Assembly: GCA_037189525.1 (NCBI GenBank)
Contig: JBBCJC010000002.1
Span: 194,286 to 258,285, forward strand
Reading direction: 5' to 3'
Length of the DNA: 64,000 nt
Source of the DNA: Gemmatimonadales bacterium
GTDB taxonomy: Bacteria; Gemmatimonadota; Gemmatimonadetes; Gemmatimonadales; GWC2-71-9
Below, piece by piece: positions 28,941-38,812 of the stretch; position 1 is the stretch's first letter; each line of letters starts with the position of its first letter. A model generated the notes under the pieces. That model was not told the DNA's origin, did not search any database, and was given only the letters and a program-made list of their open reading frames with translations. Both the position numbers and the translations under genes were made by a program.

Positions 28941-28961
28941 TGAACATCTATAGGTGAACAT
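28941..28961. promoter_or_regulatory. Direct TGAACAT repeats in the PadR / DUF4123-operon divergent gap
   Basis: TGAACAT occurs at 28941..28947 and 28955..28961, separated by CTATAGG (contains the CTATAG palindrome). The same heptamer flanks the palindrome upstream of the other PadR gene (1170..1176). The second copy overlaps the PadR start region. Confidence 0.25.
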
Positions 28962-29292
28962 GGCCGCAGACAAACTCGACCTGCTGCAAGGCACTCTGGA
29001 TCTCATCGTGCTCAAATTATTGCAGGGCGGTCCGGCCAATGGCTGGCAGCTGACGCAGACGATTCAGGTCGTGTCGCGCGGTATCCTCGACGTCAATTAC
29101 GGCTCGCTCTATCCGGCGCTGCGCCGACTCGAGGCCAAGGGTATGGTGAGCGCCGAATGGGGGCCGTCAGAAAACAACCGCCGAGCCCGATTCTACAAAC
29201 TGACGACCGTCGGCCGCAAACAACTGACCAAAGAGCGCGCCGACTGGGAGCGCTTCACCAGCGCACTCGGCCTGATCCTCGCCACCGAATAG
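28954..29292 (+). CDS. PadR family transcriptional regulator (no adjacent permease)
   Basis: 112 aa. LDLLQGTLDLIVLKLLQGGPANGWQL...GSLYPALRRLEAKG...RRARFYKLT fits PadR. The start may be GTG 28954 or ATG 28960. Confidence 0.9.
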   Translation: MNMAADKLDLLQGTLDLIVLKLLQGGPANGWQLTQTIQVVSRGILDVNYGSLYPALRRLEAKGMVSAEWGPSENNRRARFYKLTTVGRKQLTKERADWERFTSALGLILATE

Positions 29293-29303
29293 TCGGCAGC
29301 CGG

Positions 29304-30155
29304 TCAGACCACACCGAACAAGGCGCTGAGCTTCTCGACGTCCTCCGGATCGAAGAGACGCCAACCCTGCGCCGAGAATCGCAGCAGCTCGTCTTCGGTG
29401 GGATAACTGAAGTATGCGCCGGAGCCGGCATCCTGCGGTTCGGTGGCGATCTCCTCTGCCCGCTCGATCCGCAGGACGGCGTCCTCGATCAACCGTATCC
29501 CCAAAGGATAGAGTGACAGGATGTGCCACAGGAGCGATCGGCTGCGATCGACCGGCTGGCGCGCCGTCGCGATGATTCCGCCGCGATCGATTGCCGGGCT
29601 GTCGATCCAATGGAGGGTACAGCCCACATGCGTATCGCCCGCCACCAATGCACGGAAGCTCGCGAGAATTCCTCGGTAGGCAGGCAAGAGGCCCGAGTGC
29701 AGATTGAGCACCCCGCGTGGCGGGATGGCAATCGCGTCGTCGCCCAGGATGTGGCCAAACCGGATCGACACGAAGAGATCAGCACCTGCAGCCCGCAGCG
29801 CCTCGAGCCCTTCGGGGCTCCGTGCAGACTGGAGACTCTGCACCGGGAGCGAAAACCGTCGCGCGAACTCCGCGAAGCCGACCAGGCGATCGTCGGTGGT
29901 ACTGCGACTGTCCGCGAGGGGAAACACCAGACGGTTGAACAGAGTTTGCTCGACGAAACTCAACTGGCTGAGTGCCCGGGCGCGTCCCACAGCGGTCGAC
30001 CCGACCCGTTCTGACAGGAACACGGCAACGAGGCGGTCACCCAGCAGCGGGCGGAGCAGGTTGAGCGCGAGGCAGCTTTCGATGTCGCGATTGAGCAGCA
30101 GCGCAATGCGTAGCTGTCGGCCAGGTGGCTCGACCGACATGGATTCGGTTGCCAT
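29304..30155 (-). CDS. Formyltransferase-family protein
   Basis: LNLHSGLLPAYRG and HWIDSPAIDRGGII are typical of Fmt/PurN-like formyltransferases. The start is uncertain: ATG 30155 avoids overlap with the upstream gene, while track GTG 30194 overlaps it by 34 nt. Confidence 0.7.
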   Translation of the reverse strand: MATESMSVEPPGRQLRIALLLNRDIESCLALNLLRPLLGDRLVAVFLSERVGSTAVGRARALSQLSFVEQTLFNRLVFPLADSRSTTDDRLVGFAEFARRFSLPVQSLQSARSPEGLEALRAAGADLFVSIRFGHILGDDAIAIPPRGVLNLHSGLLPAYRGILASFRALVAGDTHVGCTLHWIDSPAIDRGGIIATARQPVDRSRSLLWHILSLYPLGIRLIEDAVLRIERAEEIATEPQDAGSGAYFSYPTEDELLRFSAQGWRLFDPEDVEKLSALFGVV

Positions 30156-30160
30156 GGAAC

Positions 30161-30988
30161 TCACGTCTTGGGCAGCCGGGGCTCGATCCACCACTTGAGG
30201 TCCGCCATCACGACGTCGCGTCCGAAATCGTTGAGCAGGTCGTGTGCGTGCCCCTCGTAGAGCTTGAGCGTTTTGTCACTCGACCCTGCCGTATCGAAGA
30301 AGAACTGGCTGCCGCTGGGTTTCGTCACCTTATCGGCCGTGCCGTGCAGAATCAGGATCGGAAGCGTGATCTGGGGAAACTCGTCTTTGAGGCGTTCATC
30401 CGCGCGCACCATCTCTGCCACGGTTTGCGTCGGCTGAACTTCCTCCTCGATCAGCGGGTCCGTGTTCATCAGATCGACGAATGCCTGATCCCGCGAGAAG
30501 TCCTCGTTCTTGAGACGAAGGACATGAAGGTGGGGCGTGACATGACTCAGGCCCTTGAGCAACGCCAGCGCCACATCGGGGGCCGGCACCTGATGTGCGA
30601 AGCTTTCGCAGATGAGTCCTGCCACCTCGCCCGGGTGATCCAGGGTGTAGACACAGGCAACGACGCCCCCCGCGCTGTGGCCCAGCAAAAACAGGGGCAG
30701 GCCGGGATGGCGGGTCTTCGCGGCCTGCACCGCGGCGTCGACATCACTGACGTAATCGGAAAAGCGCTCGACGTAGAATCGCTCGCCGTCTGAATGCCCT
30801 CGGCCCCGGAGGTCCACGGCATAGACAGCCAGATGTGCCAAGGCCAGCTGCTCGCCGGCCCACAGATAATGCCCGCTATGGGAATTGAACCCCGGCACGA
30901 TCACCACGACCCCGCGCGCGGTCCCCTCGGTGGGCCACGATCGGAGATGGAGCTGACCGCCCGTTCCCTGAATTTTTTCTTCCCGCAT
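30161..30988 (-). CDS. Alpha/beta hydrolase, lysophospholipase/monoacylglycerol lipase-like
   Basis: The track start at 31156 is over-extended. ATG 30988 has a strong GGAGGTGA SD. It carries the GxSxG elbow LLGHSAGGVVA and a C-terminal HGTADKVT...GHAHDLL. Confidence 0.85.
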   Translation of the reverse strand: MREEKIQGTGGQLHLRSWPTEGTARGVVVIVPGFNSHSGHYLWAGEQLALAHLAVYAVDLRGRGHSDGERFYVERFSDYVSDVDAAVQAAKTRHPGLPLFLLGHSAGGVVACVYTLDHPGEVAGLICESFAHQVPAPDVALALLKGLSHVTPHLHVLRLKNEDFSRDQAFVDLMNTDPLIEEEVQPTQTVAEMVRADERLKDEFPQITLPILILHGTADKVTKPSGSQFFFDTAGSSDKTLKLYEGHAHDLLNDFGRDVVMADLKWWIEPRLPKT

Positions 30989-31216
30989 GAGCTCACCTCC
31001 AGCGATAGGGGTGGCGGAGATGGAGCCACGACCGAGAGGCCAGCCAGATTTGGCAATATGAAGGGGAAATCCGACCGCGGAAAGGGAGGTTCGTCGGATC
31101 GGCCAGCCCGTCAAAGCTTCCGGATTCGTGACGGCGGTCACGGCGCTGCCGACCAAACGGCGTTACCGTTAGGGACGGGCCGTGAGATCTCTCCAGGCCG
31201 TCTTAGGGAAGATACT

Positions 31217-33325
31217 ATGACCAGTCAGCGGTTCCGACATCTTGTAGCCGTCATGGCAGCAGCCATGGCGTCATCTGCTTGCGGGGGCGGATCCGGGCCG
31301 GATCCCATCGATCGGCCCGATCCTCCGGACCCGCTTCGGATCGAAGCCATCTCCCCGACCTACGCCACCTCGCCACCGCGCAGTCGTGTCCTGCCAATAC
31401 CCGTGGTACGAGTGCGCAACTCCAAGGGACCACGCGAACATGTTCCGGTAGCATTCCATTACAGTTCCGGCGCAACGGACTCGGTCCGCACCAACACTGC
31501 GGGTGAAGCGCGGATCGAACAGTGGATTGCTCCGGACGCTGGTCAACACCGGCTCGTGGCCAAAGTAAGCGCCACTGATTCTGTCGTTTTCATTGCCGAT
31601 GTCGTGCCAGCCGTACCTGCCCACATCCTGTTCGAGGAAGCTCCGGGGCCTACCCCTGTCGGCACCGTGACATCGGATGTCGTGGTATGGATCGTCGACA
31701 CCGAGATGCGACCGGCCGCAGGCCTCGAGGTTCACTTTACGGTCGAAAGTGGCGGCGGTACCCTGACGGGCGCGGTCGCGACCACCAACATCCTCGGTCG
31801 CGCCCGTTTGGGTTCGTGGACGCTCGGCCCGAGCGCCGCACTACAACAGCTGCGCGCCTCGGCCGCGGGCCTCACCAACGTGTTCGACGTGTACGGCGCT
31901 CCTGCCCGATTCGAAGCCGCCTCGGATACCGTGCAACGAGGTCATACCGGGAAGCCGGCGCCAGTCGCGCCGGCCGTACGGGCAATCGATGCACTGGGGC
32001 AGCCGATGCCCGACGTGCCCGTCGCATTCGTCCAACCTCCCACTGTTTCGGGGCATCCCTCGTTCCGCACCGGTGCCGATGGCATCGTGCGCTTCACCGA
32101 TTGGGTTGCCGCGTTCGAACCCGGCGACAATCTGGTAGCCGCGGAAACCTTCGGATGGCCGTCGAGAATCGAGTTTCGATTGATCGGTGTCGTGCCAGGT
32201 CCGGCGCGGGTCGAAATCCTGAGCGGCGGGAACCAGCGCGGCTACGTCGGTAACTTCCTGGGACCGCGACCGGCGGTACGCTTCTTCGATTCGACCGATG
32301 TTCCGATTCGGCTTCTGCCCACGACATGGACTACGACGGGGGGCACCACGCTTCAGCATCAGTCCGTCGCCACCGACTACGCCGGAATCAGCGCCGCCGA
32401 AGGCTGGCGCCTAGGCCCGACACCCGGGCCGGTATCCGTGACCGTGTCTGCCGACGGCATCGCACCCGTCACCTGGACCGCCGAGGCTGAGCCCCTCCCG
32501 GCGGGTCGTTTCGACATCGACATTCGGATTATCGACACCCCCGGCCTGACCGCCGAAGACAGCGCGGAAGTCCTGACAAGCTCCGCCCGGTGGACGAAAG
32601 TTCTGCGCACCGACCTGCCTCCCGTCACGATTACCGAAACGGACTCCGTCGTATGCGGCGACCGCATCACAGGCACGATCGACGATTTGCTGATCAATGT
32701 CATCATCCAGCATATCGACGGCCCCGGGAACATCATCGGGAGCGCTGCCCCCTGCGTCATCCGAGCCGCATCGATGCTGCCCGCGGTGGGATTGGTCACT
32801 CTCGATGCCGCAGACTTCGTCGGCATCAGACCCGGGCTGCTCGGCGATGCCATGGCACACCAGATTGGGCACATTCTAGGCATCGGAACACTTTGGACGG
32901 CGAAGGGCCTCATCAACGGCGTATACACCGGGCCTTTTGCCCGTACGGCGTACCACGGTCTCGCCCCGTCCGGCGAAACATTCTTTTCGCACCCGAGCAT
33001 CCCCATCAGCGGCGGCGACGTTCCCGGCAACGGTCCGTTCTCGAGAACCGTCGGCCATTGGGTCGGAGTCGGCGCAGAAATGATGGGCATGTCCGTTGAA
33101 CGCGGCATTGCACTGAGCGCCATTTCCATTGCCGGTCTCCGCGATCTCGGCTATACGGCAAGCGACGCCGAAGCCGAGCCGCTCAACTTTCCGTCGTTGT
33201 TGCGAAGTCTGATGGGCAGCCCGACCGTAGCGGGGTACGAAGTCATGCCGAACTCCGGGCTGTGGGTCGTCGATCAGAGCAGCCGACTGTGGCGCGTACC
33301 CTCGACCGGAGGGGTATCGCGATAA
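31217..33325 (+). CDS. Lipoprotein-like protein with Ig-like repeats and a degenerate metzincin-like HQxxHxxG motif
   Basis: The track start at 30794 is over-extended. ATG 31217 gives MTSQRFRHLVAVMAAAMASSACGGG. The protein has repeated beta-rich segments, and AMAHQIGHILGIGTLW sits at 32858..32872 where HExxH would be expected. Confidence 0.65.
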   Translation: MTSQRFRHLVAVMAAAMASSACGGGSGPDPIDRPDPPDPLRIEAISPTYATSPPRSRVLPIPVVRVRNSKGPREHVPVAFHYSSGATDSVRTNTAGEARIEQWIAPDAGQHRLVAKVSATDSVVFIADVVPAVPAHILFEEAPGPTPVGTVTSDVVVWIVDTEMRPAAGLEVHFTVESGGGTLTGAVATTNILGRARLGSWTLGPSAALQQLRASAAGLTNVFDVYGAPARFEAASDTVQRGHTGKPAPVAPAVRAIDALGQPMPDVPVAFVQPPTVSGHPSFRTGADGIVRFTDWVAAFEPGDNLVAAETFGWPSRIEFRLIGVVPGPARVEILSGGNQRGYVGNFLGPRPAVRFFDSTDVPIRLLPTTWTTTGGTTLQHQSVATDYAGISAAEGWRLGPTPGPVSVTVSADGIAPVTWTAEAEPLPAGRFDIDIRIIDTPGLTAEDSAEVLTSSARWTKVLRTDLPPVTITETDSVVCGDRITGTIDDLLINVIIQHIDGPGNIIGSAAPCVIRAASMLPAVGLVTLDAADFVGIRPGLLGDAMAHQIGHILGIGTLWTAKGLINGVYTGPFARTAYHGLAPSGETFFSHPSIPISGGDVPGNGPFSRTVGHWVGVGAEMMGMSVERGIALSAISIAGLRDLGYTASDAEAEPLNFPSLLRSLMGSPTVAGYEVMPNSGLWVVDQSSRLWRVPSTGGVSR

Positions 33326-33406
33326 GACGGCGGACCGGAACCGGAACTCCCGGATCCGGTCCGCGGCACTACCTTTCCGCACCATCTCCCACACCGGAGC
33401 CGTGTG

Positions 33407-36400
33407 ATGTCACCCTTTCTCCCCCGCCGGGGATACCTCGGCGCGTCCCTGATCGCGTTGATTGCCGTCATGGGATCGCATCCGCTTGGCGCGCAAACCA
33501 AGCCGGACAGCGCCTGGTCGATCGAAACGATTCACGGTCCCGGCGTTCCATTTGCCGTGACCCTCGACGAGGGCACCTGGATGTCCCTCGATCTGTCCCC
33601 CGACGGACGAACCATCGTCTTCGACCTCCTGGGCGACCTCTACACCATGCCCGTTACCGGCGGCACGGCGACCCGGATCACGCAGGGCCCGGCCTTCGAT
33701 CAGCAGCCGCGCTTTTCCCCCGACGGCAAGCGGATCGTCTTCGTGTCCGATCGCTCCGGCTCCTCCAATCTCTGGTTCGTGAATCCCGACGGCTCGAATC
33801 CCAAGGCCCTGACGACCGATCGCGCCTGGGGGTTCACGTCACCGGTGTTCACACCGGACGGCGACTACGTCATCACCCGCCGCTCGTCGCTCAATGAACA
33901 GGGCTCCGGTATCACGCTGTTCATGTATCACGTGGACGGCGACGGCAGCGGGGTCGAACTGGTCAAAGGGGAGAATGCGCCGGCAGGACCATCGCTCTCA
34001 CGTGACGGCCGCTGGCTCTATTTCTCCACCCGGCAGCCCTTCGATCGGGGCGGCGCCATCATCAAGCGCTTCGACCGGCACACCGGACGTATCCTGCCCC
34101 TCACGGCGGGGTACGGCGGCGCGGTCCGTCCAGCGGTGAGCCCCGACGGCAAGACGCTCGCCTTCGGGCGCCGCATCGATGCGCAACAGGTGCTCGTGCT
34201 GCGCGACCTCGAAACTGGCGCTGAACGAGTCGTCTATCGCGGCTTGGACCGAGACGAGCAGGAAACCACCGGCTCCGCCGATCTGCTGCCGGGCTATGCC
34301 TTCACGCCCGACGGCTCGCAGATCATCGTCTCCGCTCGCGGCAAGTTCCGCCGTATCACTCTCACCACCGGCGCCGAGCAGATCATCCCCTTCTCGGCGC
34401 GCTTCGAACAGACGCTGACCGAGCGGGTGACCGTCTCGTCGCGACTCGATGACGGGCCGGTTTCCCTCAAACTGCTCCGCTGGCACCACGCCTCTCCCGA
34501 CGGACGACGGATTGCCTTCAGCGCGGCAGGACAGAACTTCCTCTATGACGTTGCCAGCAAACAGACCCGCCAGCTCGGCAGCGGACCGGGGCATCAGTTC
34601 TCACCGGCTATCTCGCCGGACGGCCGCTGGGTAGCCTGGGTCGACTGGCGCGACTCGACCGGTGGACATGTCTACAAGGCGCCGATCGACGGCGGCGCAC
34701 CCGTGCGCCTGACCCAGCGCGCGGCTCACTACGTCAATCCCGCCTGGTCCGCAGACGGGCGCAAACTGGTGGTCCTGCAGGGATCGGGCGGCGAGTTCCG
34801 CGGCGACCGCGCCACCGAAACCCTTTACTACGAAGTCCGGTGGCTCGATGCGACCACCGCGGGTCCGGCTCATCTGGTCACCGCCTTTCCCATGCGCGGC
34901 ATCCGGCGCCAGATCGTGCGCCCCAAGTTCGATCCCACCGGCAGCCGGATCTACTTCTCCGAGAGCGAGGGCGGCTCGAGCCTGATTCCCCGATCGACCG
35001 ACCTGGTCTCGGTGGCGCTCGACGGCACCGACCGGCGGATCCATCTGCGTTTCCGCTTTGCCGACGACCTGATTCCCTCGCCCGATGGCAAGTGGGTCGC
35101 CTTTACCGAACAGCACAACGTCTACGTCGTCCCGCTACCGGTTGCGGGCGCCACACCGGTCGAGGTCCGGCTCGATGGCAGCGTCCTGCCGGTACGCCGC
35201 CTGAGCCAGGAGGGCGGCGCCTGGGTCGACTGGGCCGCCGACGGCAACAGCGTCACCTGGGGCTGGGGACCGAACTTCTATCGCGTCCCGCTCGAACGTG
35301 CGCGCCAAGCCAAAGGCCCCACTCCAGCCGATACGGTTCATATCGCCCTCACGGCGCCGCGGGTCTTCCCCAACGGGCAGGTCGTGCTCCGCAACGCGCG
35401 CATCATCACCATGGGCGCGGCAGGCATCATCGAACGCGGCGACATCGTCGTCGACGGAGGCCGGATCCGCGCCATCGGCGCCGCCGGTTCGGTTGCCATT
35501 CCGACCGGTGCCACCGTCCTCGACATGAGCGGCAAAACCATCATGCCGGGCATGATCGACCTCCATGCGCACTACTACGACGAGGATACAGAGCTCCTGC
35601 CCGAACGGGACTGGGCCCTGGCCATCCAGCTGGCGTATGGCGTCACCACCATCCGCGACGTCTCGGTCCGCAGCCAGACCATCTTTACTCTGGGTGAGAT
35701 GGTCGAAACCGGACGGATGATCGGGCCGAGAATCTTCAGCACCGGCGACATCATCTGGGGATGGAACGCGCCCTTCGCGAGCCCGGTCGCCAATCTGGAG
35801 GATGCCCGCCGCCAGGTGCGCCGACTCAAGGCGTTAGGCGCCACGCTGATCAAGCAGTACATGCAGCAGCGGCGCGACCAGCGGCAGTGGGTCGTGCAAG
35901 CGGCGCGAGAGGAAGGACTGATCGTCACGCCCGAAGGCGGCGGCCAGACCTTTTTCGATCTCACCATGGTCATGGACGGACACAGCGGCCTCGAGCACGC
36001 CATACCCACGGCGCCGCTCTATCGCGACGTAATCTCGCTCTTTGCCGCCGCGAAGACGGACTATGTGCCGACTCTGATCGTGGCCTACGGCGGCCCGACC
36101 GCGGAGACCTACTTCCATCAGAAGTACGATGTTCACGACGACGTCAAGCTGCGCCGCTTCACGCCGCACCTCTTTCTCGATGAAAAGGCCCGGCGCCGAG
36201 CCCTGCTGCCGGAGGAGGATTACCATTTCCTCGAGGTGGCCAAGGCGGCCGCGCAGATCCTCAAGGCCGGAGGCAACATCGGCCTCGGTGCGCACGGCAA
36301 CCGGCAGGGACTCGGCACTCACTGGGAGCTCTGGGGCCTGGCACTCGGCGGGCTGACGCCGCTCGAAGCGCTGCGCACCGCCACCACCATTCCCGCCGCG

Positions 36401-36625
36401 GCCATGGGCCTCGAACGCGATCTGGGTTCGCTCGAAGCCGGCAAGATGGCCGATCTCGTCGTTCTGGACGCCAATCCGATCGACGACATCCGGAACACCG
36501 AAAAGATCAGTCATGTCATGAAGGCGGGAGTGCTGCGCGACGGCAATACGCTGGATGAAGTCTGGCCGGCACGCCGGCCGTTCGGGACGTTTTACTGGCA
36601 GGGATACGGCGTCCCGTTGCGCTGA
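33407..36625 (+). CDS. TolB-like beta-propeller + amidohydrolase fusion protein, exported
   Basis: About 1072 aa with a signal-like N-terminus. It has repeated SPDG(K/R)xIAF/VF PD40-type blades (LSPDGRTIVF, FSPDGKRIVF, VSPDGKTLAF, ISPDGRWVAW, PSPDGKWVAF). The C-terminal amidohydrolase part has MPGMIDLHAHY. Confidence 0.85.
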   Translation: MSPFLPRRGYLGASLIALIAVMGSHPLGAQTKPDSAWSIETIHGPGVPFAVTLDEGTWMSLDLSPDGRTIVFDLLGDLYTMPVTGGTATRITQGPAFDQQPRFSPDGKRIVFVSDRSGSSNLWFVNPDGSNPKALTTDRAWGFTSPVFTPDGDYVITRRSSLNEQGSGITLFMYHVDGDGSGVELVKGENAPAGPSLSRDGRWLYFSTRQPFDRGGAIIKRFDRHTGRILPLTAGYGGAVRPAVSPDGKTLAFGRRIDAQQVLVLRDLETGAERVVYRGLDRDEQETTGSADLLPGYAFTPDGSQIIVSARGKFRRITLTTGAEQIIPFSARFEQTLTERVTVSSRLDDGPVSLKLLRWHHASPDGRRIAFSAAGQNFLYDVASKQTRQLGSGPGHQFSPAISPDGRWVAWVDWRDSTGGHVYKAPIDGGAPVRLTQRAAHYVNPAWSADGRKLVVLQGSGGEFRGDRATETLYYEVRWLDATTAGPAHLVTAFPMRGIRRQIVRPKFDPTGSRIYFSESEGGSSLIPRSTDLVSVALDGTDRRIHLRFRFADDLIPSPDGKWVAFTEQHNVYVVPLPVAGATPVEVRLDGSVLPVRRLSQEGGAWVDWAADGNSVTWGWGPNFYRVPLERARQAKGPTPADTVHIALTAPRVFPNGQVVLRNARIITMGAAGIIERGDIVVDGGRIRAIGAAGSVAIPTGATVLDMSGKTIMPGMIDLHAHYYDEDTELLPERDWALAIQLAYGVTTIRDVSVRSQTIFTLGEMVETGRMIGPRIFSTGDIIWGWNAPFASPVANLEDARRQVRRLKALGATLIKQYMQQRRDQRQWVVQAAREEGLIVTPEGGGQTFFDLTMVMDGHSGLEHAIPTAPLYRDVISLFAAAKTDYVPTLIVAYGGPTAETYFHQKYDVHDDVKLRRFTPHLFLDEKARRRALLPEEDYHFLEVAKAAAQILKAGGNIGLGAHGNRQGLGTHWELWGLALGGLTPLEALRTATTIPAAAMGLERDLGSLEAGKMADLVVLDANPIDDIRNTEKISHVMKAGVLRDGNTLDEVWPARRPFGTFYWQGYGVPLR

Positions 36626-36635
36626 GGAATCACAG

Positions 36636-36664
36636 GGGGCGGCTGCACTGGTGGCAGCCGCCCC
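36636..36664. terminator. Hairpin between convergent genes
   Basis: 11-bp perfect stem GGGGCGGCTGC / GCAGCCGCCCC with loop ACTGGTG. It lies between a plus-strand stop (36625) and a minus-strand stop (36667). Confidence 0.5.
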
Positions 36665-36666
36665 GC

Positions 36667-37443
36667 TCAGTCGGGCTCGGTGACGTAGCAGGGATAGGCA
36701 GTCTTCTGTCGCCGGGCGGCGTCTGCGTCCAACTCCACCACAACGAGCGGCTGTTCCGACGTCGTCTCCGCGAGAAGGGAGCCGTCTGGCGCAAAGGCAA
36801 ACCCCTTGCCTCCGAACTCCACCCCGCCCTCACCCGAGCCGACCCGATTCGAACTCACCACATAAGCGCCGGACACGATCGCGGCCATCGCGCCCGCCGT
36901 GAGCCATTTGGCGTGTGAGGTGCCCGCCGCCCGCGGCACCGCAATCAGGTCCGCGCCCGAACGGCCATACCAGCGGGCCTGTTCGTTGAACATCAGGTCG
37001 GTACACAAGAGCACACCGACCGTGAGTCCGCCGACCCGACGAACCGGTGACTGGGTCCGACCCGACTCGAACCAGGTCGCCTCGTACCAACCCGGCTCCT
37101 CCGGGAAGGAACGCTTGCGGTGGAGCGGCCGCATCTCTCCCGCTTCGAGGGCAAACGCCTCATTGGCCAGACGCGCGCCGGCACGAACCGGTCGCGACGA
37201 AATGATGGCGGGCACCTCGAGCGAGGCGAGCGCATCGAGGCCACGCTCGTGCCGTTCCACCGCCCCGAGCGCGATCTCGGCGTCGACCCGGGCTTCGGCC
37301 GCCATCCAGGCACCGAACGGCATTTCGTTCGTGATCAGCAAATCGGGCTCTGCCGTCTCGACCGCTCGGCGGATCGTTTCCCATGCAGAGCCACCCGGCT
37401 CCAGCCCGTCGGGCCACTCCACCAGCGCACACCGCACACGCAT
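36667..37443 (-). CDS. Carbon-nitrogen hydrolase (nitrilase superfamily)
   Basis: 258 aa. The Glu-Lys-Cys triad contexts are LLITNEMPF, LHRKRSFPEE and GVLLCTDLMF. Confidence 0.85.
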   Translation of the reverse strand: MRVRCALVEWPDGLEPGGSAWETIRRAVETAEPDLLITNEMPFGAWMAAEARVDAEIALGAVERHERGLDALASLEVPAIISSRPVRAGARLANEAFALEAGEMRPLHRKRSFPEEPGWYEATWFESGRTQSPVRRVGGLTVGVLLCTDLMFNEQARWYGRSGADLIAVPRAAGTSHAKWLTAGAMAAIVSGAYVVSSNRVGSGEGGVEFGGKGFAFAPDGSLLAETTSEQPLVVVELDADAARRQKTAYPCYVTEPD

Positions 37444-37546
37444 GTAACCTCCCTATGAACCGGGCAAACACCGGCACCCGCACTGTTGCCGCCAGCGAGT
37501 ATATTCCGGTTTCGCGTCCGATCCCAGCCCCACTGAACGGCAGACC

Positions 37547-38689
37547 ATGTTCCGACTCCGGATCGTTCCCCATGACGTGGCGCGATGGCTTGGCGCCTGC
37601 TGCCTGTCAGGACTGGTAGTTTCGACTACCTCTGCACAGCAAACGACCGGCCCCACCGGTTTAACCCGCGAGGCAGTCGTCGCGGGCATCGCAGACCTGC
37701 GCAAGATCACGACGCCGAACGGCATCGAGACACTGGAAGAACTGGAGATCGACGGTACCCGCCAGTGGATCTCGATCCGCGGCCGCGACCGCGCCAATCC
37801 GGTGCTCCTGATGATCCACGGCGGTCCCGGCAGCCCCACGATGCCCGTCAGCTGGGCATTCCAGGGTCCCTGGGAAGACTACTTCACCGTGGTGCAGTGG
37901 GATCAGCGCGGCGTCGGCAAGAACGCGCGTACCGCCGACCATGCCGCCCTCACGCCGACCCTCACCGTCGAACGCTCAGTCACGGACGCCGAGGCGGTCG
38001 TGGCGCACCTGCGCCGGCGGTTGGGTCAGGACCGGGTGGTGGTGATGGGTTATTCCTGGGGCTCGATCGTCGGGATCCTGCTGGCCCAGAAGCGGCCGGA
38101 ATGGCTGCACGCCTATGTCGGGCTCGGCCAGGCCAGTCCCAAAGGCGATGACTATCTCTACACTCGGCTGATCGAACTGGCCACCGCGTCCGACAACCGC
38201 GAGGCCCTGGCGGAGCTGCGAGCCATCGCGCCGTATCCGAATGGCGTGCCACCTGCGCAGAGCGTGATCACCTCGCGGAAATGGGCCCGACACTTCGGCG
38301 GCGCCTGGTATGGTCGCACCGACTTCGGACCCTATATGGCGAGCACGGCGTGGGCGCCGGAGTACAGCGAAGCCGAGCTCGAAGCGATGGATAAGGCCTC
38401 GGGATGGGCCACGCTGACGCTGCTCGCCCCGATGTTCAGCCAGCGGCTCGACACGCTTCCCGCCTTCAAGGTGCCAGTCGTGTTCCTGATGGGACGCCAC
38501 GACCTCCACACCCCGTATCCGCCGGCCCGTGCGCTGTTCGACCGGATTGCTGTGCCCCGCAAGCGGTTCGTCACGTTCGAGAATTCGGCGCACGTACCGA
38601 TGATGGAGGAGCCGGGTCGCTTCCTTGCGGCATTGATCGACGAGGTACTGCCCCTGACCGGGAGGGCGGCTCGTAAGCCCGATCGCTGA
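37547..38689 (+). CDS. Alpha/beta hydrolase, proline iminopeptidase-like, exported
   Basis: 380 aa with a signal-like N-terminus. It has LLMIHGGPGSP and the GxSxG elbow VVMGYSWGS. Confidence 0.8.
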   Translation: MFRLRIVPHDVARWLGACCLSGLVVSTTSAQQTTGPTGLTREAVVAGIADLRKITTPNGIETLEELEIDGTRQWISIRGRDRANPVLLMIHGGPGSPTMPVSWAFQGPWEDYFTVVQWDQRGVGKNARTADHAALTPTLTVERSVTDAEAVVAHLRRRLGQDRVVVMGYSWGSIVGILLAQKRPEWLHAYVGLGQASPKGDDYLYTRLIELATASDNREALAELRAIAPYPNGVPPAQSVITSRKWARHFGGAWYGRTDFGPYMASTAWAPEYSEAELEAMDKASGWATLTLLAPMFSQRLDTLPAFKVPVVFLMGRHDLHTPYPPARALFDRIAVPRKRFVTFENSAHVPMMEEPGRFLAALIDEVLPLTGRAARKPDR

Positions 38690-38812
38690 TTGCGATCACA
38701 CCTCTGATTTGGGAGTTTCGCCGGCTTCAACCGGTGGGGGCGGGGGCGGTGTCGGCCCCGCACCGCCCGAACACCCCGCACCAACCAGCAACGATAGAAC
38801 GAACGGACCGAG

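Noticed and set aside
38731-38775. A G-rich segment (GGTGGGGGCGGGGGCGGTG ... CACCGCCC) resembling the arms of the 21753..21881 inverted repeat, suggesting a dispersed repeat family.
   Set aside because: The similarity is limited to generic G-runs. Only an 8-bp local hairpin (38744..38768) is present, between convergent genes. This is not enough to claim a shared element without a genome-wide search.
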